64,000 nucleotides of DNA from Eledone cirrhosa (GCA_964016885.1 OZ024745.1:14694001-14758000), one strand, 5' to 3'; shown: positions 42,995 to 57,103, counted from the first letter of the stretch. A program made the numbers and translations. Notes: generated from the letters alone by a model not told the origin.

Positions 42995-43069
42995 ACTAAA
43001 GGAATTTTAGCCTGATAATGGGGTTTATTCTAATTTCAAACCTGCTCACTGTTTCAAAACATACTTACT

Positions 43070-43122
<53 letters not shown>

Positions 43123-43242
43123 CGCTTCTTTGGAGATATGAAATATTTATACATATATATATATATATATAGTATATATACATATATCATATATATTTAT
43201 TATGTATCATATATATTTATTATATGTACACACACATATATA

Positions 43243-43290
<48 letters not shown>

Positions 43291-43353
43291 CACATATATA
43301 TATATACATACATATATATATAATATTTATGTATATATATATGTATATAATTG

Positions 43354-43453
<100 letters not shown>

Positions 43454-44734
43454 TGTATATATGTGTATATATATATGATATATGTAGCGAGTAAGAGAAT
43501 GTGGAAAAAGGGGAAACGTAAGAGAAAGGAAAAAGATAGAAAAAACGAAATAATTTAGATTAATTTATGATTTTAGAGCCATAGAATTTCAGTTCGAATC
43601 ATTTTGCTTACCTGTTTATATATTGTATAGAAAAATAGAGAAGGGGAGAAGGATGGAGAAGTAGCGAGATATAAAATGTTAAAATATAGAATTTACGAAC
43701 ATGACATCACAGTTTTTAAGTTCAAGAGGCGAGTGGTTTTCAATTTGCTTACTTTCCTTTTATAAATTACATAAATCATGAATAATTAAATGAGGTAAAT
43801 GAAAAAATATTTTAACTTCCGATTCAGTGTAATAAATTTCGTGGCAAATGAAATATGATCATAAAATGAAATATTGTGTTGGTAAAACATCCTTTGAAGT
43901 TATTTGAAATATCAGCTTGGTGCAGCAACACGGAGACATTCCGGATCAAAGTTCTCACCATCTAGGTTGAAGCCAGCGGTGGTTTGGGAAAAATCTGCGT
44001 ACAATTTGACGAAACAATTTTCAGCCTGGGGGAAGACCTGGATGAAGCTCTAATGGCAATATCAGAAGCAGCGGAAATAAAATCCAGCTGGATCTGGTTG
44101 AGGAGGAACAAAAACAACCTCAATACCGTTGGAGGGCATTGTGTTTGTATTTTAACGTATGTTAATGGAAGTAAATCTAGGGACCATGATTACCAGCGTT
44201 GTTTTTCCAATCTCAAGAAAGCGTTTAAATATAGTTTGCAAGTAGAGGTGACGGAGAGGAGTTCCATCTAGATCTTGTTAACAATCTTCCTACAGTTTAG
44301 ATACACATCAAATCTCCGATATCCTAATGCTTAAATGTCAGCAGAAGAGCACCCAAGAGCCATGGCCTGGATACGGACCAGCCCCTTAAAGTGTAAGAGG
44401 TTAAATACCGCAACACCTGCTTGGGGAGCTTCTTCTCTGGAGACCCGCTGTCCGGCTCTCCTGGGGGTTTCTTACTACCAATGTTTTAAGAATAACACTC
44501 TGGTAGATTAAGATATGGTCGAAGAGTTAAAATTAATGTAATGACAAACTCGTAATTATTCATTTCATTAGCTACAAGGTGAAATGTTTTAGGAACAGAA
44601 GGATTGGATTTTACAGCTAAATTATTACATTAGAGAATTCTTCCGATGACAAGTTAAAGAAGATAATAATTCTTAACCTTATGTTGGAATATTCGGAGTA
44701 TTAAAGGGTGTTAATGACATAATCTATTTATACC

Positions 44735-44860
44735 TCCGAGGTTAGCTTTGCCTTTCATCCTTATGGTGTCGATAAAATGAAGTACCAGTAAAGCAATAGT
44801 GTCTTAAGCGACTTCCCCTCCACAAACATTATTGGCCTTGTGCCCAAATCAAAAACCATT
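44735..44860 (+). mobile_element. Diverged SINE fragment
   Basis: CCGAGGTTAGCTTTGCCTTTCATCC...GTCGATAAAATGAAGTACCAGT. Confidence 0.75.
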
Positions 44861-45122
44861 ATCTCTACATTTAAATGTCTGGACGCTAATTAGTATAGAG
44901 TGTGCATCTTGATTGGAAATGAGGTTTCTTCACTAAGTGCAAATCTTAAGAATGCACTCGAACGGGAATGTTAAGTTAAATTGTGGTTAACTTCGCTGTG
45001 ACTTTAATTTATTGTTGTTGAAGTCAGTGATAATATTTCTGTGTATTATTGGGTTTAGGGAGTTGTACTCCAAGGTCTCTCTCACTCACTCTATCATATT
45101 TATATATAGTCCATATGTATAT

Positions 45123-45183
45123 AGTCCAGAAATAGCCGTCGAAACGGCTTGAGCTCTGCCGTCGAGGTTAAACATTTTCCTAT
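45123..45183 (+). mobile_element. Family E short arm only
   Basis: AGTCCAGAAATAGCCGTCGAAACGGCTTGAGCTCTGCCGTC. Confidence 0.7.
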
Positions 45184-45190
45184 ATATATA

Positions 45191-48100
45191 GGGAAGAAGT
45201 CTCATGGGAGTTGTGAATTCCCAAACGGTCCCCAAAAAACCCGCATGTATATCCCGAACAAGGGGCAAAACGTCCTGTTTGCCGCAGATTCTCTACAGAT
45301 GCAGGGACCGAAGCCGCCGGTTACCGGAACAGACACCTATTGGATTTTCCATGAATCCTGCAAATACGAACTATGAATACGAATTGCCTTCCCGCTACGA
45401 ACGCAATGCAAAGCAACAGCGCTCCTACCGCTATGGCTCTACAGACTACTCCCGCAGTAGTCCCGCTCTTCAGACGAAGGAAGGAATTGAGGGTGACGTG
45501 CTGACGACGGTGTCCAGGCACTTACAATGAAGGCTCTGCTCAGGTACTGCGTTAGTGTCGCTTGCCTTTCAGTAGTTCGACTTCCCGATGTTGGGCATCT
45601 TCCGATCAAAGTTCCTGGCGAGGACATCTACCACTTGTACCACAGTGCCGTGACTGACAACAGTGGCCTTCACGGGGTCGCTGTAGTGCTCCGACGCGCA
45701 AGCGGCTCTGATGGCGTGGAAGCCGATCTCACCCCGACTCGCGCTGGTTCGATTGAAGAGTCAAATCTCCAACGTCAGCAACATTGCTGTCTACGCTCTC
45801 ACACTCAATGCGGACGAGACGAACAAGATGCTGGACTATGCCGATCTCCAAACAACCGTGGATGGCGTCCCGTCCAGTGATGTTCTTCATCGTCGCTGGG
45901 GACTGGAATGCACGGACAGGGCCGGCTGATGATACAACACGGCATATTCTAGGACGCTTCGCCCTAGGCGTACGCTGTGACAATGGTGAACGGCTCGTGT
46001 CCTTCACGGATGCCAATCGTCTTATCGTCACCAACTTCCGGTTCCAACATCCTCGGCGCCACCTCGTCATGTGGCGATCCAATGACGGAAGAACAGCCAA
46101 TCAGATTGACTAATTCCTGGTCAGATCTCGGTGGGCCAGCTCAGTGATGGACTTGCGTGCGTATCGGGGGAGGGGGGGCTGATACGGGCAGTGAGCATGG
46201 GTCAGACCATACTCTTGTTCGAGCAACCCTTCGTCTGCGGCTGCAGGCGAAACCTCCTCCCAACCGCCAGAAAAGGATCGACATCTCGCGACTCAAGCTA
46301 GATGCTGGAAATGCTTTCCAGCTAGAGCTGCGAGACCGATTCCAAATGCTGAGTAACGAAGTGGAACAGCAACCGGTGCAGGAGTGGGACGCGCTCAGGG
46401 CGGCAACGTTTGAGGTGGTCAGAGAGCATCTCGGGTCGACCCAAAGACGCCATCGGGACTGGATCTCCGGCGGCACTCTTGAACTCGCGGAGAGGGCGAG
46501 AGTGGCCCCACTCGAAGGTGCACCCAATCTCCGAGATCTCCGACGTCGCACATCTCGGGCTATTCGGGCCGATCGGAATTCACACTGGCGCGAATTTGCG
46601 GCGCAGACGGAGAGGGCAGCAGCCTGTGGTGACTCGCGCAAGCTCTAGAAACCGGTGAAGCGCGCCAGCCGAAGCAGTACGGGTATCAGCGAGACGAGCC
46701 GTGATCGGAATGGGGCGGTCATTACCAATCTTAATGACCGGCTAGTCCGATGGCAGGACCATTTCTCCGAGCTGCTCAACCAACCGCCCCCACCCACACG
46801 AACCTACGTGCAGCCTTCCGGAGAAGAATACGGGTGCAGCACTTCCCCTCCAACGGTCGAGGAGGTACGTAGTGTCCTGACACATCTCCGGAACAACAAG
46901 GCGCCAGGCGAAAATGGCGTTCCAGCTGAGGTCTACAAGGCCGGGCCTGATGTCTTCGCAGCTTGGCTCCATCGAGTCTTCTCTTCGGTGTGGGCGACGG
47001 AGCGGTTCCCTGGTGACTGGAGCGAGGCAACTCTCCAACCCTTCTTCAAAAAAGGCGACAGGAAACTGTGTTCCAACTACAGGGGTATCAGTTTAATTGA
47101 CGTTGCTGCCAAAACCTTTGCATTTCTTCTACTGAAGAGGTTCCTGTCCGTCTGCGATGTCCGTACCCGTCCTTCTCAGGGTGCTTCCGTCCGGGGAGAG
47201 GGTGCGTTGATCAAATCTTCATTCTCCGGCGTGTCCTGAAACAATGGTGGGCACATCAACAGCCCACCGTCCTCTGCTTCATCAACTTTGCAGTTGCTTT
47301 CGACTCGGTAGATCAGGAAGCCCTATGGCGTATAATGCAGGCGGACGGCATCCCAGTGAAGCTGCTTCGTCTCATACAAGGCTACTACCGGTCGACTCGG
47401 GCTCGAGTGAGGGTCTATGGTGGGGAGACGGAGTCGTTCGATGTTGGGGCCGGTGTTCGGCAGGGTGTGCGCTATCGCCAACTCTCTTTAACTATGCCAT
47501 TGTCTACACTCTCAACACAGCACTCCGGGATTACCCGGGCATAGAGGTTGGGAGAGGGGTCGTGGTGACGGACCTGGCCTACGCGGATGACATCGTGCTG
47601 ATGGGCGCTAACGGGACAGATGTACAAGGTGCTCTCGAAAGGGTGCACACTGCAGCCACCGCTGTTCGTCTTCGAATCAATATCGCCAAGTCGAAAGTCA
47701 TGACGTCACTGGTCTCACCTGATGCCTGGCAGCCAATATCTCTCGAGGGCGTGGACCTGGAGGATGTGGAGTCCTTCGTTTACCTGGGCTCAACAGTGGT
47801 TCCAACGGGACAGGGCGCAGCCAAGGTCAAGCGTCGCATAGGTGCTGCATGTCCGCTTTTGGGCGCCTCCAGCGGTGTCTGTGGGACAGAAGAGAGATCA
47901 CCTCGGTGACCAAAAAGTGAATCTACCAAGCCGTCGTTCACACTATCCTCCTCTATGGCTGTGAAACATGGCCTATGAGGGTAGTCGATCAACGAGGGCT
48001 GGAGATCTTCGACAATGACTGTCTCCGCTGCATTCTTCGCTGCCGACGCGTTGAGCGGGTATCTACCGCCAGTCTTCGTCTTCGCCTGAATCTTCGACCC

Positions 48101-48427
48101 CTTCCTTCAGTGCCTCTGCAACGGCGCTTGAGATGGTTTGGTCACGCAGCCCGGCGCCCTGAGGGTGAGCTGATCTGCAATGTTCTCCTCCCACCTCCAC
48201 TTCCTAACTGGCGCAAGCACGTTGGTGGGCAGCTGAAGACCTGGGCAACGACGATCAAGGAGGACCTCTCCGAACTCTCAGGTCCGCAGGTGGTCGGCCT
48301 GCGCCGATGGAACCGTGACTGGCTCGCTGTCTCCAGTGACCTAGCCCGGGACCGTCGTGCGGACAAAGGAAGAAGCCGGCTCAACCCGTCCAGGGTGAAT
48401 ATCGACACAAGTAAGTACAAGTAAGTA
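45191..48427 (+). mobile_element. Near-full-length degenerate RTE-clade LINE (APE endonuclease + reverse transcriptase)
   Basis: APE motifs IVAGDWNARTG, NQID, GSDHTLV; RT motifs KAPGENG, KKGDRKLCSNYRGISL, LSPTLFN, DLAYADD, FVYLGS, RLRWFGH; multiple stops/frameshifts; (AAGT)-type tail; inserted in (TA)n. Confidence 0.95.
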
Positions 48428-48444
48428 TATATATATATATATAA

Positions 48445-49294
48445 CATAAATCATGTCCTTAGAATTATTATATAAAATATATACCATTTCCTCTCCCAAT
48501 TAGCATAATTAACCATATAAAAAATCAATTAGACCAAGCTATAAGAATAAAGGCTCTTATGAAGAAATTCCCGACAAATAATCGAAAGCGGCCTCTTCGC
48601 GGTGGCCCCAATAGAGTATTTATCCAACATTTCGACAGCATGTAGAAACTGACTAAATATACCATCAACCATACACAATTAGATGCAAATTCAAACTTAG
48701 AAGAAATGTGTACATACCGTAATTATATCTTTACCATGGTTTCATCCGTATTTTTAGACATCCAATTAATAGGATATGTCCGGAGTATCGGATTCATCAG
48801 GAGACAAACTCAAAATCAGACATTTAGTTTTCCAAAGTGATCGCGCCAAAAATAGATTAAAAAATGGCTAAGAATGGTGGCAGTGGTCAAGTTACAAAGA
48901 ATGTGATTAGTTGCTTACGGCGGGTAGGCTTGTTTCTAGAAAGCGCAGCCAAATATCACCCAATTGTATTTCAACCTAACGGGAGATTATTAAATATAAA
49001 GGTTTACATATACATAAAGTCATAGTTATATATGTTGCAAACGGTTACTTTGTGGCTCTATGAAGAATTAATAAATTAAATAATCAGAGCAATATATCAT
49101 AAATCAATTGATTTTTTATATGGTTAATTATGCTAATTGGTAGAGGAAATGGTATATATTTTATCTAATAATTCTAAGGACATGATTTATGATATATTGC
49201 TCTGATTATTTAATTTATTAATTCTTCATAGAGCCACAAAGTGACCGGTTGCAACATATATATCTATGACTTTATGTATATGTAAACCTTTATA
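48445..49294. repeat. Nested inverted repeats (48445-48530 vs 49106-49190; 48995-49104 vs 49183-49294)
   Basis: Read directly; right part has decayed hammerhead-like CTGATTA ... GACCGGTT. Confidence 0.8.
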
Positions 49295-49302
49295 TATATA
49301 TA

Positions 49303-49690
49303 TATTAAAATAACAGATTAAAGTTTAAGCAAGGAATCGCTGCTTTCACCCTTAACAGGATCTTCTGAAACTAAAAAAATCAATCCGTGAACGCAGAAGT
49401 AAATATTTCGAAAAACGTTTCAACCGAAGGAAAACTGGAAAACGATACTTTGGTTCGTGAAGACGTTTCCTGGCAATGAACGGAAAAAAGCGAAGATAAT
49501 ACGTCATTATCTGGAACGTGAGAACAATTACACGCAAAGACAAAACCACGTTTATGGTATAAATGAAGACGTAGACTAATATTATCTATAGGAAACCGAA
49601 TGATTCTCGGCTTCAGAGTTAAGAATAATGTAAATAAATTAGTAGGCCGACAATGACAGAGGTTATTGAAATCAACAATAAATAAATATA
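49303..49690 (-). mobile_element. PLE-like element, family H, single arm with hammerhead at 49313-49388 (-)
   Basis: Homologous to arms of the 60202-61070 palindrome; minus strand AGTTT-CAGAAGA...GAAAGCA...TGCTT-AAACT. Confidence 0.75.
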
Positions 49691-50281
49691 TACATACACG
49701 CATCCATATACGAACATACACATGCATACGCGAAAACACCCGCAATGCATGCATATACAAGCACGTACACATAAACACGCGCACACATACATAAAACCGC
49801 GCGACACCTGTACCCGCACACATACGAACGTATACACCAAATACACAAAAAAAAATATATATATGTGTGTGCGTGTGTGTATACATATAATTATATAAAC
49901 GTATATAAATATACACGCATAAATAAGTATATAACGCACGCACACACATACCTACAGGTACATACACATATGTTCACTAAATGTACGTCAACCAAAACAC
50001 AAAGTACACATATACACACACACCTTACATACGTGCAAACTCGCATACACACACAAACACAAAATACGCATATACACATAACCATATACACATGTACCAG
50101 TATATATAATATAATATATACACCTATAACAAATACAAGCAAATATACGTATGAGAAAGTATACGTACCTTCACAAAACATACGGGTAAGGTATACTTAC
50201 CTATACAAATAAGTAATGGTATAAACATAAAATATACTTAGCTACCACATCAAGACGTAAATTATCCGCGTATTCTTCGTA

Positions 50282-50480
50282 CTATCCGTTAGGGTAGGAT
50301 ATGGGGCTGTAATACAGGAAAGTTTTATGCAATTTATGTTTACAAGCCGAAATTGCCTCCGATTTTTTGTTTAAGATGTGGTCATTGGCGTAGAGTATTT
50401 CCAGGGCTTCAGCGGCGAAAAGATTGTATGGTCTTTTATTTCCGTTATACGATGTTGCTTTAGCTAGGATCTCCCAGCGA
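50282..50480 (-). pseudogene. Penelope-like GIY-YIG C-terminal remnant
   Basis: WEILAKATSYNGNKRPYNLFAAEALEIL...LNKKSEAISACKH matches the PLE pattern W.IL...Y...KRC.LC..EK..I...LNKRSEL.S.CRH; followed on + by GAAACCGGTA-AAGG (50536-50549) and AATAAA. Confidence 0.75.
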
Positions 50481-50668
50481 TCTTTGCGCCCGGATGCGAG
50501 AAAAACCACAAACCCTCCATGTCAATTCTACTTTTGAAACCGGTAAAGGAAACAAATAAATATTCTTAAAAAGACTCCAGTTGCATTTTCGATTTCATCT
50601 TTTTTCCCTATACTTTCACTCGTGTAGGACATCTCGTTTTTTTTCATTTTGTAAAAAAAACAACATTT

Positions 50669-50721
<53 letters not shown>

Positions 50722-50923
50722 AAGGTAGTACAGCATAATCGAAGCTCTGGTTGCGGGCAGGCTAACGAATGCTGTCGGGAAGTGCAGCCAGAAGCACTCA
50801 ACAAGGAATTTTACCTTAGAGTTATAACATTTCGTTTAGACAGCTTGGCAAATTGAAGACTGCGACCGGTAAGCCAGCCGCTAGGACCAGAACAACGAAA
50901 AAACCGACCCAGGGAAAAGTTTG

Positions 50924-50999
<76 letters not shown>

Positions 51000-51499
51000 T
51001 GTGTGTGTGTGTACGTATATATGTTGTGAACCCACAACGCCTGGTAGAGTCGTAGAGGCACTGTAATGTCATAGAGTGTTTCTTGGGGCATTATTGAATG
51101 CCTTTGTGGTGCCCATCCCTTCTCCACCTCTGAACAAAGCCCATCTTCACTGAGAAGAAGTGAGGAAGAAAGGATCCCAGTATTGGACTGGTACTTTTTT
51201 TTGTCAAACTCAAAAGGATGAAAAGCAAAGTTGACCTCAGCTGGATGTGGAATCAGATTGTTGAAACACCGCCAAGTATTCTATCCGACGTTCTAACGAC
51301 TCTTCCAATTCTCTTCTGAGAATAGATAACACTAAATGAGCAGATAGTAGGCGTGTGATGGAAGAACTGTACTTTTCTCATATCAATTCTCCACTCGATC
51401 TTTCTCACGACACTTATCTTACATCAGAAGGATATGTGTCTGGTTTTTAGGAATCGATATGAAGGTTTGCTCGATAGCTTGAATAAAATATGTTTCATT

Positions 51500-51640
51500 T
51501 TGGACGCCATGCTTTACGGTCTGAGTTTAAATCCTGCCAAGGTTAACTTTGCCTTTCATCCTTACGGGGTCGATAAAATAAAGTACCAGTAGTGTACTGG
51601 GTAATTGCTGGCCTTGTGCCTAAAGTAGAAACAATTATTA
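51500..51640 (+). mobile_element. SINE copy (diverged minus-strand copy also at ~51175-51310)
   Basis: Conserved core. Confidence 0.85.
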
Positions 51641-51896
51641 TTTTACTGGCATTGTTTATTTGATTGCGGCCATGCTAGGTCACCGCATTGAAAGACCTTA
51701 GGCGATCATTTCGACCTTAGAATTTTGTTTCAAGTCAGATACTTATTTTATTGATCTCTTGTGGCGAGACACAGACAGTAAACACACACACACGCGCGCA
51801 CATACTCTCTCTCACCCCCGCCCACCCCAACAAACATGACAGTCCGCTACCCAACCTACCAAATTTCACTCAAAAACATTAATCAAATCGCAACTA

Positions 51897-52120
51897 TACA
51901 TGGGTAGGCTGAAAAATCCAAAGGCTGACTACGAAGGAAGACTGCCAGACCTGTGAAATCTTGTATCATTAATTTCAACTCGTCTTTTTAATAACTGCAT
52001 TGCTTATTGCTTCTTACCAGGGACTGTGTTGAGAAATAAACCTCATTTGCCCAATCCATAAGAGTATCTTGTTCAGGGCATGACATTTCCACTCTAAGAG
52101 CTTTTCAACCGACCCTCGTA
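51897..52120. mobile_element. Tc1/mariner-type MITE, same family as 15397-15601
   Basis: TA...GGCTGAAAAATCCAAAGGCTGAC / CTTTTCAACCGACCCTCG-TA and shared interior. Confidence 0.75.
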
Positions 52121-54052
52121 GTACAAAACACGAACATCGAAGTTAGTCCATAGTGGAACTGAACCGGAAATTACGTGTTCGTAAAGCGACCACCTTGACC
52201 ACAGTGCCATGTCTGTACCTATTATATTCCCAGAGTCTTAGACTCGGCTTAGTATTTATCATTTCGAATGAACATAATTGAACCCCCTCCAACTTATACA
52301 TTTGCATTTGATGAGAAATTGTGCAATAATCATTCCCCATTAATCACGAACTTTTGAAGGTTTCAGGGTTTTGTTAATATTTTCTCTGCAATCGTTATTA
52401 ATTCATTGCAATTGAGAGAAGATAATCAATAACTTAGGTATTGATTGTTCTCCATTTGAAGATAAATAGCTATAATAGCAAGGAGATTAATAACTTCGAC
52501 AATATATAATATTTACAGCTTCACTAGCTCGCAACAATCATTACTAATTCATTACTATGTTTTCTTATTCGATAAATGGTTTGCAATGTAAACTTTGTTA
52601 GCAACAAGAAAAACTTGGATAAACTATCCCATTTAGACAAAACGCTTTCTTTCTCACAACACACCAACTCAGCACCTGATAATATATTGCTTCTGATATA
52701 ACCCTAGAAATCGAACATTAAACTACCCTTGATTTGATCGATATTTAGTATTTGTCGTCTTCTTTTATGTTGAATGAATAGTTTCTCTAAGTTAATGTAT
52801 TAAACATTCACGTTTTTCATTTTAAGCAATGCACTCCTAGAATTGATTAATTTACTGAAGATGGTTTCAAACTGTTTATTTCCTGATAGAAAACATGTAT
52901 CTAACGCATATATTGGAAAGTAATGAGAGAAAACAGGTTAAGTATAGAAATTCTTTTTCGGAACGCACCTGTTAACACAAAGTAGGAATTTAAGTAGACA
53001 AGCCAATATATATATTAATGGATATTCTGAACCATCATAAATAATAATTTTCTGGTTGTTTGGGAAAAGATTTCTCGACATTATCCTATATAGCATTTAC
53101 TGTTGAGTAAACATTAGTTAGAAATGGAAATAGCGCTTAATTGATATTCACAGTTTTATCTTGAAAACCTGTTCTAAAATTAGTTATACTTAACAACAGC
53201 TTCTATTAAATTTATATACTATCAATAAACCACAGTAAAACATCTCCTATATGCAAATAGAAACACCATAAAGAATATGAAAAATATTCCATGTATACAT
53301 GCACTGATGAACAGAAAAGTGTGTCAAACATAATTTACCATTTTTTTCCCTACAAAATCAATCCCCAAGTGCTTTTGTTCAATAAAACCACTACGAAAAT
53401 ATAAAACATGTTGAATATTGTTAAATACAGCGAAAGTCAAATTCCTCCAAAACTTCATAAAAATCTGGTATTTTTTAACTGTTTTCACAGGAATGCTGAG
53501 AATTGCTTTTCATACTTAAACACAGAAATATCCTGATTGAACACATTTCTGAGCATGTATTTTGCATGTTTTTGCGCAAACAGGAATAGAATGTCTAATG
53601 AGCGTTTCACTTTTTATAACATGCTGTAAATTGAAGGAGAATTGGTATCTGTTTCTAGCAGGTTGTGTGACCGTGTAAAAGTTCCTCCGGTGTGCCATAA
53701 ATAATTGTGCATTATCAATAGTTGTCAGTAAATATTATATTGGTCTCCATGGATAAGAGAATTAGATATAGCCTAATCGATTATTGGTTGATATCTAGGT
53801 GTATATTCAGACTAGATCTCTTAGGTATATACGAATTTAAATCAATAGTTAATCCTGTGTATAATATATTTAGTCCAGTGTGTTTATTTAGTTTTGTGTG
53901 TAAGGTATATGAGATATGTAATTCTGTGAGTGGTATTTGGTGTTATGTGTAGCATGTTCATTCGACTGAACAACTGAATACTTATCGACGAGACTGATAA
54001 GAGATCTATCATATACATACATACATACATATATATATATATATATGTGTAT

Positions 54053-54247
54053 AAGAAATTGTTCAAGACTCCGACGGCAGAGATCAAGCCATTTCGACGG
54101 CTATTTCTGGACTAGAAATAGCTGTCGAAACGGCTTCAGCTCTGCCGTCGGGGTCGTGAACAATTTCCTATTACCCACTCTACTACCTTAAGTATTGAGT
54201 ACTCTGGTGCGTTATGGTCCACCTGGTTCCTTACCACACTTCCTTCG

Positions 54248-54250
<3 letters not shown>
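54053..54250. mobile_element. Family E foldback
   Basis: Short arm (-) 54053-54113, long arm (+) 54114-54250; GAAAC 54127, GTC 54147-54149. Confidence 0.8.
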
Positions 54251-54311
<61 letters not shown>

Positions 54312-55571
54312 CAAGTAAGAAGTAATTATAATGCTGTATGAAATACATTTCAGTATTTGGTGAGAGAAATATTTTGTTTGTTTTATCTTGGGCTGTTTCA
54401 GCTCCGCATCTGAAAAGGGGGAAATGGTGCTGAAATATGCCATAATATACTGGGTAAAACATTATTTACTTTGTTTCATTTACCATGATTTGTACCTCGT
54501 ATTTTGTACCGGCTTTTAAAAAACATATCGCCCATTTACTCCACACGCACACACACATGTCTGTGTATATATGTATATATATGTATATCTATTTATGTGC
54601 GTATGTAAGTGTGTGTGTGTATATAGCGATGAAAGATTTAAGTATCGACGAGAAACCGATAAGACGGTGTGTTCGAACAAAGATACTTTCTTGTATTTTT
54701 TACGCTCGTGTTACAGACACTGGCTGGCTACACTGGCCAACAGCAATATAGTAAAACAACCATTGAAAACCTATAATCAGCGAGATTATTGCTCACAAAC
54801 TGCAGGTTATAAAATAAAAATATATCTATATATAATATATTCTGTTAAGCGTATGAAAATTGTTCTCTTGAACTTCCATTATCCTGGATCAATTAACGGT
54901 ATTTTATGTTAGCTATTCCACATGATATAACAATCTATATAATTACCTGAATTTAGGCAGGTATTTTATTTGGTTATAGAAGTAATGGATATACGTACAG
55001 TAGCGTCAGTAATAAACTATATTAAACTAAATTGTAACCGTAGTTATTAAATTCAATGATAAAGATATATGACTGGTCACTCTCAGACCAGGAACTCAAC
55101 AATATCATGATATCATACAATTTGAGTTTAAATTATCTACAATTGATATATTTAGCATTGCAACAATTAGTTTAATTTTAGAGTGAATCTAAACTGAATA
55201 AATGCTTCATTGTAGCGAGTGAAGCGCTTTTAGAGAATAGGTTTCTTGACTTAGCAAATAAATGCCTCCGTTGCAAAATATTGGAATATCGGACGAAATA
55301 CAGGAAAATATATTTGCTTATTGATACAATACGTCTGCCAGATTGGAATTGATAAATTTGAATTGATAATTGTGTTTTAAACTGTTAGAATTCTATAAAT
55401 ATTCTGGTAATTTAAAATCATTGATATACACACACACACACATATATATAGGTGTGTGCGTGTGTATATGTGTGTGTATATAAATAAATACATATTTATA
55501 CAGATGTATAGATATACATATATATTGATAGATATTTATAAATATATATATATATATACATATATACATAT

Positions 55572-55630
<59 letters not shown>

Positions 55631-55632
55631 TA

Positions 55633-55743
<111 letters not shown>

Positions 55744-56507
55744 CTTTACACATAATTTAGCTCTGTAATTCAATATATTCACCAAAACATTGAAAACAGA
55801 TGCAAATATCTTGCACATTCCCTTTATTGGAGACGATATAAAGAATGTATGTAATCCGTCTAGATGGTCCACATTATGTTTACTTACAGATATCACTTTC
55901 AACAGTCTAAATTATTATTCGGAGCACAAAATAATGATAAATGTATTATTATTAAGCCGAAATTAAATTATTCTCTCTCTTGTCTTTCCTTTGTACACAC
56001 CTTAGAATTGTAATTATCACATTCTGATACACACAAACACCTACATATAATTATCTGTATTATTTATGGAAATTCTTTGTCTGTCGTCTGTTCTTGTTTC
56101 CTTTCGGTTACTCAAGCGTGATGACAAAATGAAGAAGACGGAGTGATATGACTGAGCACTGTTATTAAACACTCATACTCATACGTACGTATACATGCAC
56201 ACACAGAAATAAGTATATACACACATGCATAAGTATATAGACAAAGATAAAGATTAATTTACTGTTATAAATATTTACACACACATAACCCCCCACCTCC
56301 ACACACAAACAAACCTTTTTATTTTTCTGTTTTCTTCTCCTTTTAATTCTTTTACTTGTTGCACTAGCTTTTTTGATTACCGATTGTAAGGAGTAGTCCA
56401 TACTTCCCCTAGTCTGTCATGGTTTACTAGCCCTATACGGACATTTCAATTGATTAACAAATAAATATACATACATACAAATATATATGTAATTTTATAT
56501 ACGTATG

Positions 56508-56571
<64 letters not shown>

Positions 56572-56575
<4 letters not shown>

Positions 56576-56734
56576 AAAATGTATGGCCCCTGGACTGGAC
56601 AGAAATAGCCGTCGAAACGGCTTGAGCTCTGCCGTCGGGGTCATACATTTTCCTATTACCCACTCTACTACCCTAAGTGTTGAATACTCTGGTGCGTTAT
56701 GGTCCATCTGGTTCCTTACCACAACTCCTTCGTT
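56572..56734 (+). mobile_element. Family E copy with short inverted stub
   Basis: GAAAC 56614-56618, GTC 56634-56636; stub GGAAAATGTATGGCCCC is complementary to GGGGTCATACATTTTCC. Confidence 0.8.
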
Positions 56735-56767
56735 AAAAGCACTCAACAGAAAGTTTTCTGGAGTTAT

Positions 56768-57103
56768 TAATATTATTCAAAATATTAATAAATGGAGACA
56801 TTCACGAGATCAAAATATATGTTATATTATATATATTTCGGAGGTACTGTGCTGTTTTTTCAGTACGTCCTCATCAGATGCAATACACACATTGATGTAT
56901 GACATACCTCAACTGTGCTGATGGTCTTGGCAAGACTGGAATTGAACCATCAGTACAGTTGAGGTATGTCATACATCAATTTAGGTATTTCATCTGATGA
57001 GGACGTACTGAAAAAACAGCACAGTACCTCCGAAATATATATAATATAACATATATTTTGATTTCGTGAATGTCTCCACTTATTAATATTTTGAATAATA
57101 TTA
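56768..57103. repeat. Foldback element, family F: 158-bp arms (56768-56925 / 56946-57103), 20-bp spacer, hammerhead cores in both arms
   Basis: CTGATGA 56994-57000, stem II GGA-C-GTACTG/CAGTAC-C-TCC, GAAA 57032-57035; stem I partly decayed. Confidence 0.88.

Noticed and set aside
43984-44470. Possible LINE ORF1 relic (PLKCKR...RCP knuckle-like)
   Set aside because: Needs several frameshifts; cannot be supported without a profile search
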